Shown piece after piece: positions 38,096 to 51,673 of a stretch of DNA of 64,000 nucleotides. The notes under the pieces were generated by a model, which worked only from the letters and a program-made list of their open reading frames with translations, was not told where the DNA came from and ran no database searches. Position 1 is the first letter of the stretch. The number at the start of each line of letters is the position of its first letter. The DNA is taken from positions 49,042,001-49,106,000 of the forward strand of contig NC_082726.1 of assembly GCF_030144855.1 (NCBI RefSeq), given 5' to 3'. This DNA comes from Hypanus sabinus. Lineage: Eukaryota. A program made the translations under genes and the position numbers.

Positions 38096-39210
38096 TAAAC
38101 TCCCTTCAGATCAGGCTTATACCCTGTTAAAGTGGTCTTGACCTGATAATGCTCCGATAGAAAGCACTTTGACCATGTACAAACAGGCTGCGGCTGAATG
38201 GCTGCTTATCAGAGATGATTCATTGGTTGTGCTTCATTGCCCCATGAGTCTTAAACGGTGCTGTGAGTTTTGATTGCACTTGCACTGAAAGGGAAAGGAA
38301 CAAAGCTGAAGATTGTTCCTTCTACCCACCCACCCCTTGGCTACCACTGGTGAATCTTACTACATTAAGAAGCCCTGCTAGAAAGTTGGCTGTGTTTGAG
38401 TATCTTGAAAATGGAGCAGCAAGGAATGATTTTAAATTCTCATTAAAGTAAGTCATGATAAGCTTGAATGTGAGTGACTAATCCTCAAGTTGTGAGAGGA
38501 AGAACTGGAATTAATTTGACCAGTAGTATTGGATATGTTTTAGTAAGATGTCTTGTTTGTCAGCCACACCCTTTGTTCATATAATGTATGCACTTTATAG
38601 ATATCAGATGCAAATTGGAGAAAAATTAGAACACAACGCAACACACAAGCTTCATTTGGACAAATTGATGATTTGATCAAAGTCAAAGTACATGTTATTA
38701 TCAAAGTACGTGTGTGTTAGTCACTATATACTACTTGAGATTCGTATTCAAACATTTACAGGAAAATAAAGAAATTCAATTGAATTTATGAAAACTATAC
38801 ATAAAATCTGACAAACAACCAATGTGCAAATTTAAAGAGATACGTACATAAATACATACTGGGAACATTAGTTGTAGAGACCTTGAAGTGAGTCTGTAGG
38901 TTGTGAAATCAGTTCATAGTTGAGTCAAGTTTTCCACATTGGTTCAAGACCCTGATAGTTGTAGGATAAGAAGAAAAGATGACAATCTGGCTGTTGAATA
39001 GATTTGACTTGACTACCTGTTGTAAATAATTGCACATTACATAGAAGTTGTGTGTATGGGTGGGAGAATAAAAGCAACTCCTCTTGAAAGATGTGGTGAC
39101 TGATTTTGTAGTTTTAAAAGACAAATATTTGGGATTTCTTCTTATGTACAAGTAACATACTTGTTGCTGTGTGATTCAGGCTATTAACTTTCCTTGCTGA
39201 TCTGTTCTAG

Positions 39211-39327
39211 GGGACTGTGCCTCTGAAGGAACTCAACACCCGACCACTGGAGGTGTTTATGTGCAGTGTGCTGAAACGTCAGGGTTACGGAGAAGGGTTT
39301 CGCTGGCTTTCACAATACATCGACTGA
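39211..39327 (+). CDS. SAR1A: SAR1A final coding exon
   Basis: gttctag| [41 protein letters not shown]; 117 nt. The six exons sum to 597 nt = 198 aa + stop. Confidence 0.98.
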   Translation, partial: GTVPLKELNTRPLEVFMCSVLKRQGYGEGFRWLSQYID

Positions 39328-41645
39328 TCCTGAGAGAAAATGATGCCACTTTGGACAAACTAGTTTGCAGCTGTCTACGTGATTTTCTTTCCCTCTCCTT
39401 TGCTTCCTTTCCAAATAAAACAGGTCACACAACTATTGACAAGATCACAATGCCAGCTAGGAGAGGTTTCAGATCTTCTCTGTTTCTAAGTACAATTCTG
39501 AGGTAGGTACCTAGTTTAACATGATAACATATTCCCCTAAGTGTGGCCTGTTTACAACTCCCAAACGATAGTCAACTGAGAATTCGCACTTGAATTTGGC
39601 TATGCAACAGTTTTAGAGATATATGAGAGGGTTTTTTAGTGTGTTCTTTTCTTCTGATGCAACATGCTTCTGAAGCTATTCAGGTATGTTTGCCTCTCTG
39701 AGGCCCCATTATACAAGAAAGCGTGGATGGAGTGGACAGCAGCTAACTGGCCACCCTAAAAACATCTTAATCAAGTCATGTAATAGGCTGAATGGTGTTC
39801 AAAACTCACTTTCTCATACTTGTTCTCTGTCTGTGCTGATTGTGGTAAGAGCCCTTTCCTGAAGCTTGGAATAGTCTAAGGCCAAAATTAAACATTCTCA
39901 TGGTTTTGGGGCATGCAGATGTGGCCGATATAAAGAAACCATTCTGGACTTCAATCTCCCATGAAGTGATGCTGTGAGAACTTGTGTTAAAATTATTTCA
40001 GCTGCCAGTTTATCCTGGGTAGGATGTGCTGTTTACATACATGACATTAACATTTGAAGATATGCCGGTGGTATCTGGACTGGTTAAATTACTGTCAATT
40101 CATAAATATACATTCAATTGGTTTAATTATCTTCTTGTCAACTCTGTGTGGCTATAGTAGTTGTGTTGGTGTATTGTGCATCAAGGTGGATTTTTGCTGG
40201 GGTTAGAATTTGAACTGGGGTTAATTCATCCGTTCTGGAATAAATAGCCCCAATTGTTTTAGGTATACAGCTGCATATCAGAAAACGCAACAATTTAAAA
40301 TTAATGTATGTAACTTTGTAATGGAATGATGGCACGGTCAATGAGATTTCTTTTGCCAATTTGATGTTTTTAAAAATAAAGTATTTTGAAAATTGGAAAA
40401 TGAGCAAGCAAGTCACAGATGGATACAGTGTAATGTGCAGTTAATGAATAATTTTGAATTACACAAGCTAGGTGGCATGGTTTACAAGATGAATTTGTTG
40501 CCGAAATCATTGTCTTCTAAGGGGCTCGTGAACATTTGGAGGAATTGCACAATATCTTACACACTTTTAATGTAAAGCTTTTATAAAAATGTGAACAAAT
40601 TCATACACCTGGTGCTTTTAATGTAACTGAGGAGGCAACGTGGCATTACACAGACTATGTAATGCAGGGAACTGTTTTAAATTACAGTCAAGTAGTTTAT
40701 GTTAACAGGACTTAACAGTGGATGTGCATGGAACAGGGAGTTTTGGGTCTTTGTTTATTGTATATAAAGTGAAATGCAGCAGCATTATCAAATATATGAA
40801 TTCTTTATCAAACAGCTATTCCACCAGGTAATTGAAGGGAATGAAAAGGGGTCAGTGAACTCCATATTTTCTTTTTGCTTCTAAACTTCTCTCTTTCACA
40901 GAATGGTGGTATTCTTTCACAGCTGCTGAAAGAATGGAGGCATTCTGTTGTGGCAATCTCTTTCTGCCAAAATCAGAAAGTTGCACCTTCTCCTAGCCTA
41001 GGAGCAAAATGTCTGTCTTGGAAGCACCAAAATGGCTGCTTCACTCTGTTAAAGCCTACGTTGCCAAACAAGACAAAGACTTGTTATTTCCTGAAATGGG
41101 AATCTGGTGGAAGCCACTTAATGGGAATGTTATGTTTTTATTTTTAAAGTCCCTTCTGTGTCTTGCTTTTCTTTTAAACCATCATTTACACAAAATGAAT
41201 GATTGGATAAAAAATGCCTTGCGCGTCCTCAGAGCAAGGTCATGTTTCCACTACAGGGACATCAACAGGTATCCATCAGAAGGGCATTTATCAAAGTGGC
41301 AGTCTGTTGACTTGCCTTTTTCCTAAGCATGACTGCAGAAATTATATTCCTTCCCTTTCTTCAAAGGTTACCGGGCTTCTAACACAGCAAGTTAGTACTG
41401 TACATGCAGTATTATTCAGTAATTACAGTTCTACATGTTTAGGGTTATTTTCTCCACTGAGGGTCTTGGTAACTGGTTTAACACTTCACTGGTCTGATAC
41501 CTTCACCAATTTGATCTTGGAAAAACTAGTTCTTGCCCTCAATATGGTCATTCTTTATGTGGTAGAAAGATAACTGGCAACATGTATAAATGTAATATAA
41601 ATCATTGCTCTATTTGAATAAATGTACTTGTATATCTTTGTGTCT
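39328..41645 (+). other. SAR1A: Probable SAR1A 3'UTR with alternative poly(A) signals
   Basis: No recognisable repeats. AATAAA at 39414-39419, 40375-40380 and 41617-41622; the last is preceded by TGTA motifs and followed by a GT/T-rich tract. Confidence 0.65.
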
Positions 41646-42504
41646 TGAACTACTTTTATTCACCAGTACATTCTGTATGAGTCGATGAGCATATTCCTAC
41701 TACAATCAAAAAAACTAAGGCTATTTCAACAATGTACACAATGTTTCAACAATATGGCACCTTATCCTATTACTGATCCTCATTGAGTTAATTACTGTGA
41801 GAGTGACTTTGATACATGGCAGCCAAAATTTCTCAGATACTGATGAAACGTGTGCCCAGCTAACTTTTTTGTTGCACATTGAGGGTGGAATGTTGGCTAG
41901 CTGACTGAAATAACTCACAAAGAGCCAAGGAATCTTTAACAAATTCCAGCATTAATGCCACTTTCAAAGGACAATGGAGTTTCCAGAGCAGCACAGTGAT
42001 TGGTGAACACTGGGGCTTACTAGACTCTTCTGCCTGCAGGGCACGCTACTACAGATTATGCATCTCCCAAATGCAGTCGGAAATTAGAAATGGCTTATAA
42101 TAAAGTTCTTCAGTATTTAGCTTGCCTTTAAGCCCAAGTTATTTCTGCAGAGAGTGCAATGTATTACTTCTGAAACAGTTTCCCCGATGGAAGTCAATTT
42201 CTATACCACCTTGCCAAGATGGTAAATGACTTCAAGGCACTAAAGCAGTATCATTCAGTAGCAAATATAGCTGTAAATTTCAAAGCTTTAAATTCAAACC
42301 ATATTATTATATTTAAGCACACATCTAGCTTGATATTAGTTACTGAAAATTGCTTATATCTGGGGTGAAAATCAATTGCATCTCTTGAATGTGGCATTCA
42401 AAATTAAATCCAGGCACTTCCAGTTGCAAATTATTCTTGTGTAAGTTGCACTTAACAAAGGACATTGAATAGTACAAGCTCTTCAGCCATGTTTTTTTTT
42501 GATG

Positions 42505-43670
42505 AAGGTAGAGCAGTAGATGTAGTCTACTGTATATGGATTTTAGCAAGGCATTTGATAAGGTACCCCATGCAAGGCTTATTGAGAAAGTAAGGAGGCA
42601 TGGGATCCAAGTGGACATTGCTTTGTGGATCCAGAACTGGCTTGCCCACAGAAGGCAAAGAGTGGTTGTAGACGGGTCATATTCTGCATGGAGTTCGGTG
42701 ACCAGTGGTGTGCCTCAGGGAACTGTTCTGGGACCCCTACTCTTTGTGATTGTTATAAATGACCTGGATGAGGAAGTGGAGGGATGGGTTTATAAATTTG
42801 CTGATGACACAGGTTGGGGGTGTTGTGGATCGTTGGGAGAGCTGTCAGAGGAACATTGATCGGATGCAAAACTCGGCTGAGAAATGGCAGGTGGAGTTCA
42901 ACCCAGATAAGTGTGGAGTGGTTCATTTTGGTAGGTCAAATATGATGGCAGAATATAGTATTAACGGTAAGACTCTTGGCAGTGTGGAGGATCAGAGCGA
43001 TCTTTGGGTCTGAGTCCATAGGACATTCAAAGCTGCTGTGCAGGTTGACTGTGATTAAGAAGGCATATGGTGTATTGGCCTTCATCAATCATGGCATTGA
43101 GCTTAGGAGCAGAGAGGTAATGTTGCAACTGTATAGGACCCTGGTCAGACCCCACTTGGAGTATGGTGCTCAGTTCTGGTCATCACACTACAGGAAGGAT
43201 GTGGAAACCCTAGAAAGGGTGCAGAGGAGACTTTCAAGGATGTTTCCTGGATTGGGGAGCATACCTTATGAGAATAGGTTGAGTGAACTTGGCCTTTTCT
43301 CCTTGGAGCAATGGAGGATGAGAGGTGACCTGATAGAGGTGTATAAGATAATGAGAGGCACTGATCATGTGAATAGTCAGAGGTTTTTTCCCAGGGCTGA
43401 AATGGCTAACACAAGAGGGCACATTTTTAAGGTGTACAGAGATGTCAGGGGTATGATTTTACGCAGAGAATGGTGAGTGCGTGGAATGGGCTGCCGGCGA
43501 CGGTGGTGGAGGTGGAGACAATAGGGTCTTTTTAGAGACTCTTGGATAAGTACATGGAGCTCAGAAAAATAGAGGGCTATTGGTTACCCTAGGTAATTTC
43601 TAAGGTAAGAACATGTTTGGCACAGCTTTGTGGGCTGAAGGGCCTGTATTGTGCTGTAGGTTTTCTATGA
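42505..43670 (+). mobile_element. CR1 LINE RT to 3' end, frameshifted
   Basis: [26 protein letters not shown] and LVRPHLEY across ORFs 42536-43476. Confidence 0.92.
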
Positions 43671-43995
43671 TGTGCCAACCTTTTAACCTACAGTAAGATC
43701 AATCTAACCCATTCCTCCTACATCGGCCTTTATTTTTCTATCATCTACGTGCTTACCTCAGAGTCTCTTAAATGTTCATTATGTATCTGTTTCTACCACC
43801 ACCCCTGGCAGCATGCTCCATGCTCCTTCCACTCTGGGGGGAGAAACAACATTTGACATCCCCCCTATACTTTCCTCCCAGCTCCTTAAATTATGCAACA
43901 TTGTATTAGCCATTTCTGTCCTGAGAGAATGCCTCTGGCTGCCCACTTGATCTATGCCTTTTATCATTTTGTACACTTTTCATTCTCTCCAAAGA
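43671..43995 (-). mobile_element. CR1 3' fragment, tail-to-tail with the previous copy
   Basis: ORF 43779-43976 begins YKMIKGIDQV. Confidence 0.75.
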
Positions 43996-44229
43996 GATGA
44001 GCCCTTGAGTTGAAACTTGGGCTGAAGTCTTTCTCACTGCAATGCTTCTTTGGTATGTTGCTTAGGAAGTTAAGTTGTTTTGTTACAAGGGTCAACCATG
44101 ATTGGTCAGTGGCTGAGCAAACATCTTTTCATTATGCTGCTTGGCCTGCAGAGGTGGGTCTTCTTGCAGCAAGTCCCAGCCCAGTATTATGAACTTACCT
44201 AGACAAGTACAATGCACTGTTCAAGCTTG

Positions 44230-45660
44230 AATTGTGTTTCATTATCAGCACACGTACTGTGATACAGTGGAAATCATGTCTTGCATACTGTTCATACTGA
44301 TCATATCATTAAACTGTGCACTGAGGTAGAACAAAGTAAAACAATAACAATGCAGAATAAAGTGTTAACCATTATAGAGAAATGCAGTGCAGGTAAACAA
44401 GGTGCAAGATCATAACCAAGTAGATTGTGAGGTTGAGTCCATTTTATAATACCAGGGAACCATTTAACAGTGGGGTAGAAGCTGTCCTTGAGCCTGGTGG
44501 TACATGCTTTCAGGGTTTTTTTTAATCGTATACCCGATAGGAGAAAAGAGAGAATGTATGGTTTAGGTGGGGTCCTTGATTACGCTGGCTGCTTTACTGA
44601 GGCAGCAAGATGTATATTCAGAGTCTGTGGAGGGGAGGCTGGTTTCTGTAATATGCTCAGCTGTGTCCACAATTTTCTGGACTTTCTTGCTGACGTGCAG
44701 AGCAGTTGCCATACGAAGCAGTTAGACATCTAAAACCAAACATGAGGAAATATGCAGATGGTGGAAATTCAAGCAACACACACAAAATGCTGATGGAACT
44801 CAGCAGGCCGGGCAGCATCAGTAGGGAGAAGCACTGTTGACGTTTGGGGCTGAGACCTTTTGATCCTGACGAAGGGTCTCGGCCGAAACGTCGACAGTGC
44901 TTCTCCCTATAGATGCTGCCTGGCGTGCTGCGTTCCACCAGCATTTTGTGTGTGTTCCAGGCATCTAAAAAGGGTGTTTTCTATTGTGTACCAATTAAAA
45001 ATTGGTGAGGCTCAACAGTGAGATGCCTAATTTCTTTAGCCTCCTGAGGAAGTAGAGGTGTTGAGTTTTTTTGGCTGTGGTGTCTACGTGATTAGACTGG
45101 GATGGATGATTGGTGACGTTCACTCCAGGAAACATGGAGATCTAAACCTCAACAACGTTGATGTAGAGAGGAGAATGTGCACCACCCACCTTTTTAAAGT
45201 AAAAAAAAAGACCTTGCTGAAGTTGAGAGAATGGTTGTTGTCATGACACCATGTTACCAAGCTTTCTATCTCCTTCCTGTACTCAAACTCATTATTTGAG
45301 ATATGGCCTGCTACAATAGTATCATCTGCTTAATGTAGTTGAAGTTGGAGCAGAATCTGGCCACACAATCATGAGTGTACAGGGAGTAGAGTAGGGGGCT
45401 GAGGACACAGCCTTGTGGAGCACCAGTGTTTAGAATAATCATGGTGGAGCTGTTGCTGCTTACCCTGACTGGTTGTAGTCTGTTGGTCAGGAAATCAAGG
45501 ATCCAGTTGCAGAGGGAGACGTTAATTCCTAGAGTCTGGAGTTTGTGGATGAGTTTGCTTGGAATTTTTAAGCATTGAAAATGTAGCTCTAGTCAATAAA
45601 TAATAGTCTGTACTGTCCAGATCCTCCAGAAATAAGTGCAGGGCCAGAGAGGTGACATAC
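44230..45660 (-). mobile_element. Decayed Rex1 copy hosting the palindromic insert
   Basis: ggctgaggacacagccttgtggagcaccagtgtt is the reverse of [12 protein letters not shown]; 3'UTR near 44230-44460. Confidence 0.75.
44736..44961. mobile_element. Palindromic Penelope-derived mini-element with 9-bp TSD and hammerhead-like core
   Basis: Inverted arms at about 44775-44860 and 44871-44956; TSD catctaaaa at 44727-44735 and 44962-44970; CTGACGA at 44866-44872 and GAAAC at 44885-44889. Confidence 0.8.
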
Positions 45661-47199
45661 ACCATTGAACTATTTCAACAATTATGTGAATCACTTTTAT
45701 CACCTTCTCCCTCAAGATGAACCAAGTATCCAGGCATCCATCAAACTAGGATAAACTTTTAGGACTTTTTCACCCCATCACACTCAACAGTGAACAAAGA
45801 AAACTGTAAAAGGTGATCAGTAGCTCTGACTGTCTTGATTGAGGGCACCAGAGCTGTTTATAGCAGTGTGTTCAGAATGGAATAGTCATTGGATAGACAA
45901 TGACCCTGTAGTATGCCAGTGAAAGAGCAGAGGAATTTTTAGTCCCAGATATAGAAATTAACTTAATAGTCTGGGTGTTGTAATGGATCCCTAGACTGGA
46001 AAGCTATCAGTTATGGAAGGGATACATTATTTGTCATTCAGAAAAATAAGAGGTGATCTCATGGAAATGTACTCAATTCCTAAAGGAATTCACCAGGTGT
46101 TTCCACATGCTGGAAAATCCAGAATGAGAGAGTGGCATCTCAGGATAAAGTTTTTACCATTTAAGTTATTGAGAGATTTCTTCTTTTAAAGGGTAGTGAA
46201 TCATTGAAATTCTCCACACTGCAAGGCTGCCCTTAGTTTTACAAGTTCAGGGCTGAGCTCTAGAAGAACCGAGGATGTGAGAATGAGCCAGGAAAGTAAA
46301 AGCTGAAGCAGATCATCAGCCTTGTTCTTATCAAGCTTTGGGGCTCTATGACCTGCTAGTTTTCTGTTAATGTGGAATAAGGTATTTGGGCCACACACAT
46401 TAAAAAATAAGTGGGTTGGAGGCTTCCCATGGAAACTCTGAACTACATTGCAGAGCGCTGACAACCACTAATGATCAGCTCTGTTTCAGGCACCCTTCTG
46501 GCTATGACATCAGCATTGTCTCTGAGGCCTCGAGTTGTGGGTTTTAAACCTCCAGAGCTGAACACTGAGTCCAGGCTGATAATATCAACTTTTCCTTGAA
46601 AGATCATCACATTGTTTGAGGCGTTTTGACTAAAGACACTCTCTAAACACAAACAACCACCTGGTACTAATCAGACGTGAATTAGGAGCAGGAGTAGGTA
46701 ACTCGTCTGCCTGAGCTTGTTCTGCCATTCAGTAAGATCTGATTGTAATATCAACTCCACATTCCTGCCTGCTTTCAGTAATCTGTAATCTATTTATCAA
46801 GAATCTGTCTGTCTCTGCCTTAAAAATATCCAGTCTGCTTCTGAAGAAATTTAGCATGTTCCCTTTTGACCCAATTAACATTAATGTTGCACCATAGAAG
46901 GTATCTGATCTGGATGCATCACGGTTTGATAATGGCAACTTCTGTCTGAGACTGCAAGAAACTGCAGAGTGTTGCGGACACAACCCACAAAAACCAGCTT
47001 CCCCCAACCTCATTCCCACGGACTCTGTCTAAATCCTTCGTTGCTTGTGTACAATTTCTTTCTATAAGATGAAACATAACATCACTGTTACATAAATGGC
47101 TGTGATGCTTCACTCCCCAATGAGCAGAACACCTTTTCTGCATGCTTGGAAATGGAGAATAACACAACCTGTGTGACACCCTACAGCATACGACAGCCC

Positions 47200-49050
47200 C
47201 GTGACCCCTAACTCAGTGGTCAATATCAGAATATCATTCAAGACGGTAAACCCTCACAAAGCATCAGGCCCTGATGGTGTACACATAAAATTCATAAAAG
47301 GCAGCTCAATCAACTGGCTGGAGTGCTCAAGGACATCTTCACCCTGTCACAGCTGCAATCCAAGGTTCCCACATTGTTTTAAAAGAGGCTGCAATCATAC
47401 CGATACCCAGGAAGTGCAGGGTGAGCTGCTTCTGTGACTGTCAACTGGGAGCACTCACATATATCATAATGAAGTGCTTCAAGATGTTGGTAATGGCCAG
47501 AACTAACTCATGCCTTAGCAAAGACCTGGAGCTCTGCTATTCACCTAATACCGCAACAGGTCTAGAGTGGACGCATTCTCACTGGCTCTCCATTCAGCTT
47601 TGGAACACCTGCACAACAAAACATATGTCAAGCTGCTGTTTATCGATTACAGGTCAGCATTCAGTACCATTATCCTCACCATACTAATCACCAAGCTTCT
47701 AAACTGGGCTTCTGTTCTTCCCCTTACTACTGGACCTTCCATTTCCTCATTGGTTGACCACAGTCAGTAGGGATCAGTGATAACATCACCTCCTCACAGA
47801 CAATCAACGCAGGTGCACCTCAATGCCAATGCTCTTCTCTCTCTACACTCACTGTGTGGCTAAGCACAGTTCAAACACCATCTATAAGTTCACTCATGAC
47901 ACCACTGTTGGTAAGATCTCAGATAGTGAAGAGAAGGCATGAGGGAATGAGATAGATTAGCTGGTTAAGTGGTGGTGTAACAACAGCCTTACACAATGTT
48001 AGTAAGACCAAGGATTGTGGACTTCAGGAAGGGGAAGTTGGGACAACATGAACCAGTCCTCACTGAGGAGTCAGCAGTGGAAAGGGTAAGTTCCTGGGTG
48101 TCAACATCTTTGAGGATCTCTGCTGGGCCCAACACATTGATGCAATCATGAAGAAGGCACACCAGCAGAATCAGGATCAGGATTATTATCACCAGCATGT
48201 GACATGAAATTTGTTAACTTAGCAGCAGCAGTTCAATGCAATACATAATATAGAGGAAAAAAACACAACTAATTAATAAAAAAAATAAATTAATCAATTA
48301 CAGTATACATATATTGAATAGATTAAATATGCAAAAACAAGAAATGGTATAAAAAAAAAGTGAGGTGGTGTCCAAGGGTTCAATGTCCATTTGGGAATTG
48401 GTGGGCAGAGGGGAAGAAGCTGTTCTTGAATCATTGAGTGTGTGCCTTCAGGCTTCTGTACCTCCTACCTGATGGTAATAGTGAGAAAAGGGCATGCTCT
48501 GGGTGCTGGAGGTCCTTAATAATGGATGCTGCCTAATTTGTTAAAAGGTTTGAGGAGGTTTGGTATGTCACCAAACATTCTTGTGTATTTATGTAGATGT
48601 AAAGAGGAGAGCATTCTGACTTGTTATATCATAGCCTGGTATGGAGACTCCAAAGCTCAGGATTGCAAGAGGCTGTAGAGGACTATAGATTCAGCCAGCT
48701 CTATCACCAGCCCCACGATCATAGACATCTTCAAGATGTGGTGCTTGAAGAAGGTGACATCCATTATATCCATCATTAAGGACTCTCACCATCTGTGACA
48801 TGCCCTTTTCTCCTTACTGTCATCAAAGAGGAGGTACAGGAGACTAAGACCTACAAGAAATGACTCAAACTGCTTCTTGCCTTCTGGCATCATATTTCTG
48901 AACAGTTCTTGAATACTACTTGATTATTCTGTTTCTTTGCATTATTTATTTATTTTGTAATGTATAGTAAATGTCTTTGGACTGTGCTGCTACTATTAAA
49001 GAAAAGACCACATCTTATAACACAGTGATAATAAACCTGATTCTGAAACC
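47200..49050 (+). mobile_element. Decayed Rex1 RT with an inverted Rex1 3' end nested at ~48168-48533
   Basis: NPHKASGPDGV, IMKCF and [15 protein letters not shown]; the host sequence resumes after 48533. Confidence 0.85.
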
Positions 49051-49544
49051 TGCTTTGGTAAAACAAAGACCCTCTTCCCTCTCCCACTGGACGGAAGGTA
49101 CAAAAGCCTGAAAGCACATACTACCAGGCTCAAGGACAGCTTTAATCCTGCTCTTATAAGACAACTGAACGATTCCCTCGTACAATCAGATGGACTCTTA
49201 ACCTCACTATTTACCTCTATATAACCTTGCACCTTATTGTTGCCTCCACTGCACTTTTACTGCAACTGTAACATTTTATTCCACATTCTTTTGTTTTTCC
49301 TTGAATTCCCCCAGCACACTGTTGTAATAAACTGAAACGTATCAAGGGTGTGCAAGACAAGTTTTTCACTGCACATGTGACAATAATAAACCAAATTACC
49401 ACTGTGCTCTTGGGCAGAAGGTTCCAAGGACCCCTGATACTCTGTAAGTTTTGTTTATTGCCTCGAACTCATTCCGCATGATCAAACACCGTCTTGATAT
49501 CCACCCTGTCAAGATGCACAGGATTTCGTTATGTTCATTGTCTA

Positions 49545-50640
49545 ACCAAACTTATATAGATTTTTGAGGAAGTTAGCAGGGAAGCGGGTGGTATTTATCC
49601 GGGCTTTAGCAATGTTTAGCATAGCATAGTATAGTTTAGCATAGTATTTGAGAAGGTCCTGCATGGGAGGTTGGACAAGAAGGTTCAGTCGCTCAGCATT
49701 CAAGATGTGGTAGTAAATTGAATTAGACATTGGCTTTGTGGGAGAAGCCAGAAAATGGTAGTAGATGAAGTGCTAGTGAAGTGATGCAGAGATCAGTGCT
49801 GGATTCATCTGGATGGTAACATGGATAATTGGATCAGCGGATGATACCAAGATTGAGGGTGTAGTGGACAGTGAGGAAGGCTATCTTGGCTTGCAGAGGG
49901 ATCTGCATCAGCTAGAAAAATGGCAGGAGGAATTTAACTGCGAAGTGTTTCACTTCAGTAGGACCAACCTGGGTAGGTCTTACACAGTGAATGGTAGGAC
50001 ACTGAGGAAGAACAAAGGGATTTGGGAATACAGGTCCATAGTTCATTGAAAGTAGTGTTACAGATAGATAGGGTTGTAAAGAAAGCTTTTGGCACATTGG
50101 CCTTCATACATCAATATATTGAGTACAGGAGGTAGGGTGTTATGTTGAAGTTATGTAAGATGTTAGCAAGGCCTAATTTAGAGTATTGTTTGCAGTTCTG
50201 GACATCTATATACAGGAAAGATGTAAATAAGTTTGAAAGAATACAGAGAAAATTTGCAAGGATGTTGCCAGGTCTGGAGGAAAAATTGAATAGATTAGGA
50301 CTTTATTCCTTGGAATGTAGAAGATAGAGAGGAAATCTGGTAGAGGTATACAAAATTATGAGGGGTATAGATAGGGTAAATGAAAGCAGGCTTTTTCCAT
50401 TGAGGTTAGGTAGGTCTACAGCTAGAGGTCATGGGTTAAGGGTGTATTCTGAAAAGATTAAGAGGAACATGTGAGAAAACTTCTTCACTCAGCTTAAGTG
50501 ATGTAAGCGAGCTCAACTTCAACATTTCAGGGAAGCTTGGATAGGTACATAGACGGTAGGAGTATAGAGGGCTATGGTCCCAGTGCAAGTCGATGGGAAT
50601 ATATAGTTTAAACTTTGCCAAAGACTAGATGCTTTTTCTA
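49545..50640 (+). mobile_element. Decayed CR1 RT/3' fragment
   Basis: ADDTKI.GVVDSEEG and LARPNLEYCLQFW. Confidence 0.8.
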
Positions 50641-51399
50641 TGACATCCCACTCTTAAATTCTGTTCAATCCCCATATACTCGTCAAAAAATAACCATAAA
50701 ATTATATCACTGTCGTTCTGGCGACTTGTGCGTGGGATCTTGCATGAAATTCTACTGCAGAAGTGAGGAGTAAACCGATCCACACAGTGCTAAGGAGTAC
50801 TGCTCCGTAGGGGGCAGCACAGGGTCAGTCAGCCTCAACAGCTCCAGTCAGCAAGCTCACTCCTGACCTGGTGCTGTCCGTGCAGAGTTTGCATGTTCTC
50901 CCAGTGACTGTGAATCCGGGTGCTCTGGTTCCCTCCAATGTTCCAAAGACAGGCAGATTGGTAGGTTAATTGCTCAGAGTGCAGGTGAGCAATGGGGAGA
51001 ATGGGGATTGACGAAAGGTTAGTTTCAATGGGTGGTTGATTTTTCAGTGTAGACTAGGAACAATGGACTTTTTTTTGTTCTTATTCTCTACGATAACTGG
51101 ATTTAGCGTTTCTCAGTCTAACTGGGCACACAAATGGTGGCAAGGTACAATAGCGAGGAAGAGTGGGGTTGTCCCTGGTGAGGTATCACTGTTGAAATTT
51201 TAATTCTAGTTAACAATAGCCCCTAAGGTGTAAGTGAGTGATGGAATCTGGGAGAGGTGGCGGTGATGGGAGTATGGGGAGGATAAAATTAGGATTAGTG
51301 TAGCTCTAGGATTAGTGTGGATGGTCGGTGGAGTTTCCATGCCCGCATCTAAAATTACCATTCATGCATTAGAGCTTCGGTTTAAAAAAAGAGAAAATA

Positions 51400-51673
51400 A
51401 AACCGAAGCGAGGGGGCTGCATTAAGCGGAATTGGGACAAGTCGCTTGAACAGACAGATTCGTGGGCTCTTTCTGTGCTGTACGTCGGGCAACCCGGTGA
51501 GTAGGCGGAAGGTCAACAAAACAGGGGTGGAAAACGCCGGCGTTCACTGACCTCCGGGTGCTGACGTGTGCTGCCAGCCGCATCGCTTCCGGGTTAGAGA
51601 TGAAGTTTTGCCCTGGTCCTCGGAGTGGTGTGGGAGCTGTCCGTGCCACGATGCGGCCGCCTCGCTCTTCGCA
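51400..51673 (+). promoter_or_regulatory. TYSND1: CpG-rich TYSND1 promoter/5'UTR
   Basis: CpG density rises sharply here. TGACGT (CRE-like) at 51562-51567; ETS-type GCGGAAG near 51504 and CTTCCGG near 51586. Confidence 0.7.

Noticed and set aside
38190-38300. Possible intronic C/D snoRNA (gatgatt...ctga)
   Set aside because: The box C is non-canonical and I see no terminal stem; not supportable by eye.
15912-39327. SAR1B identity
   Set aside because: KKSGK, ISNVP, EKLREIF and LSQYID residues, plus adjacency to TYSND1, favour SAR1A.
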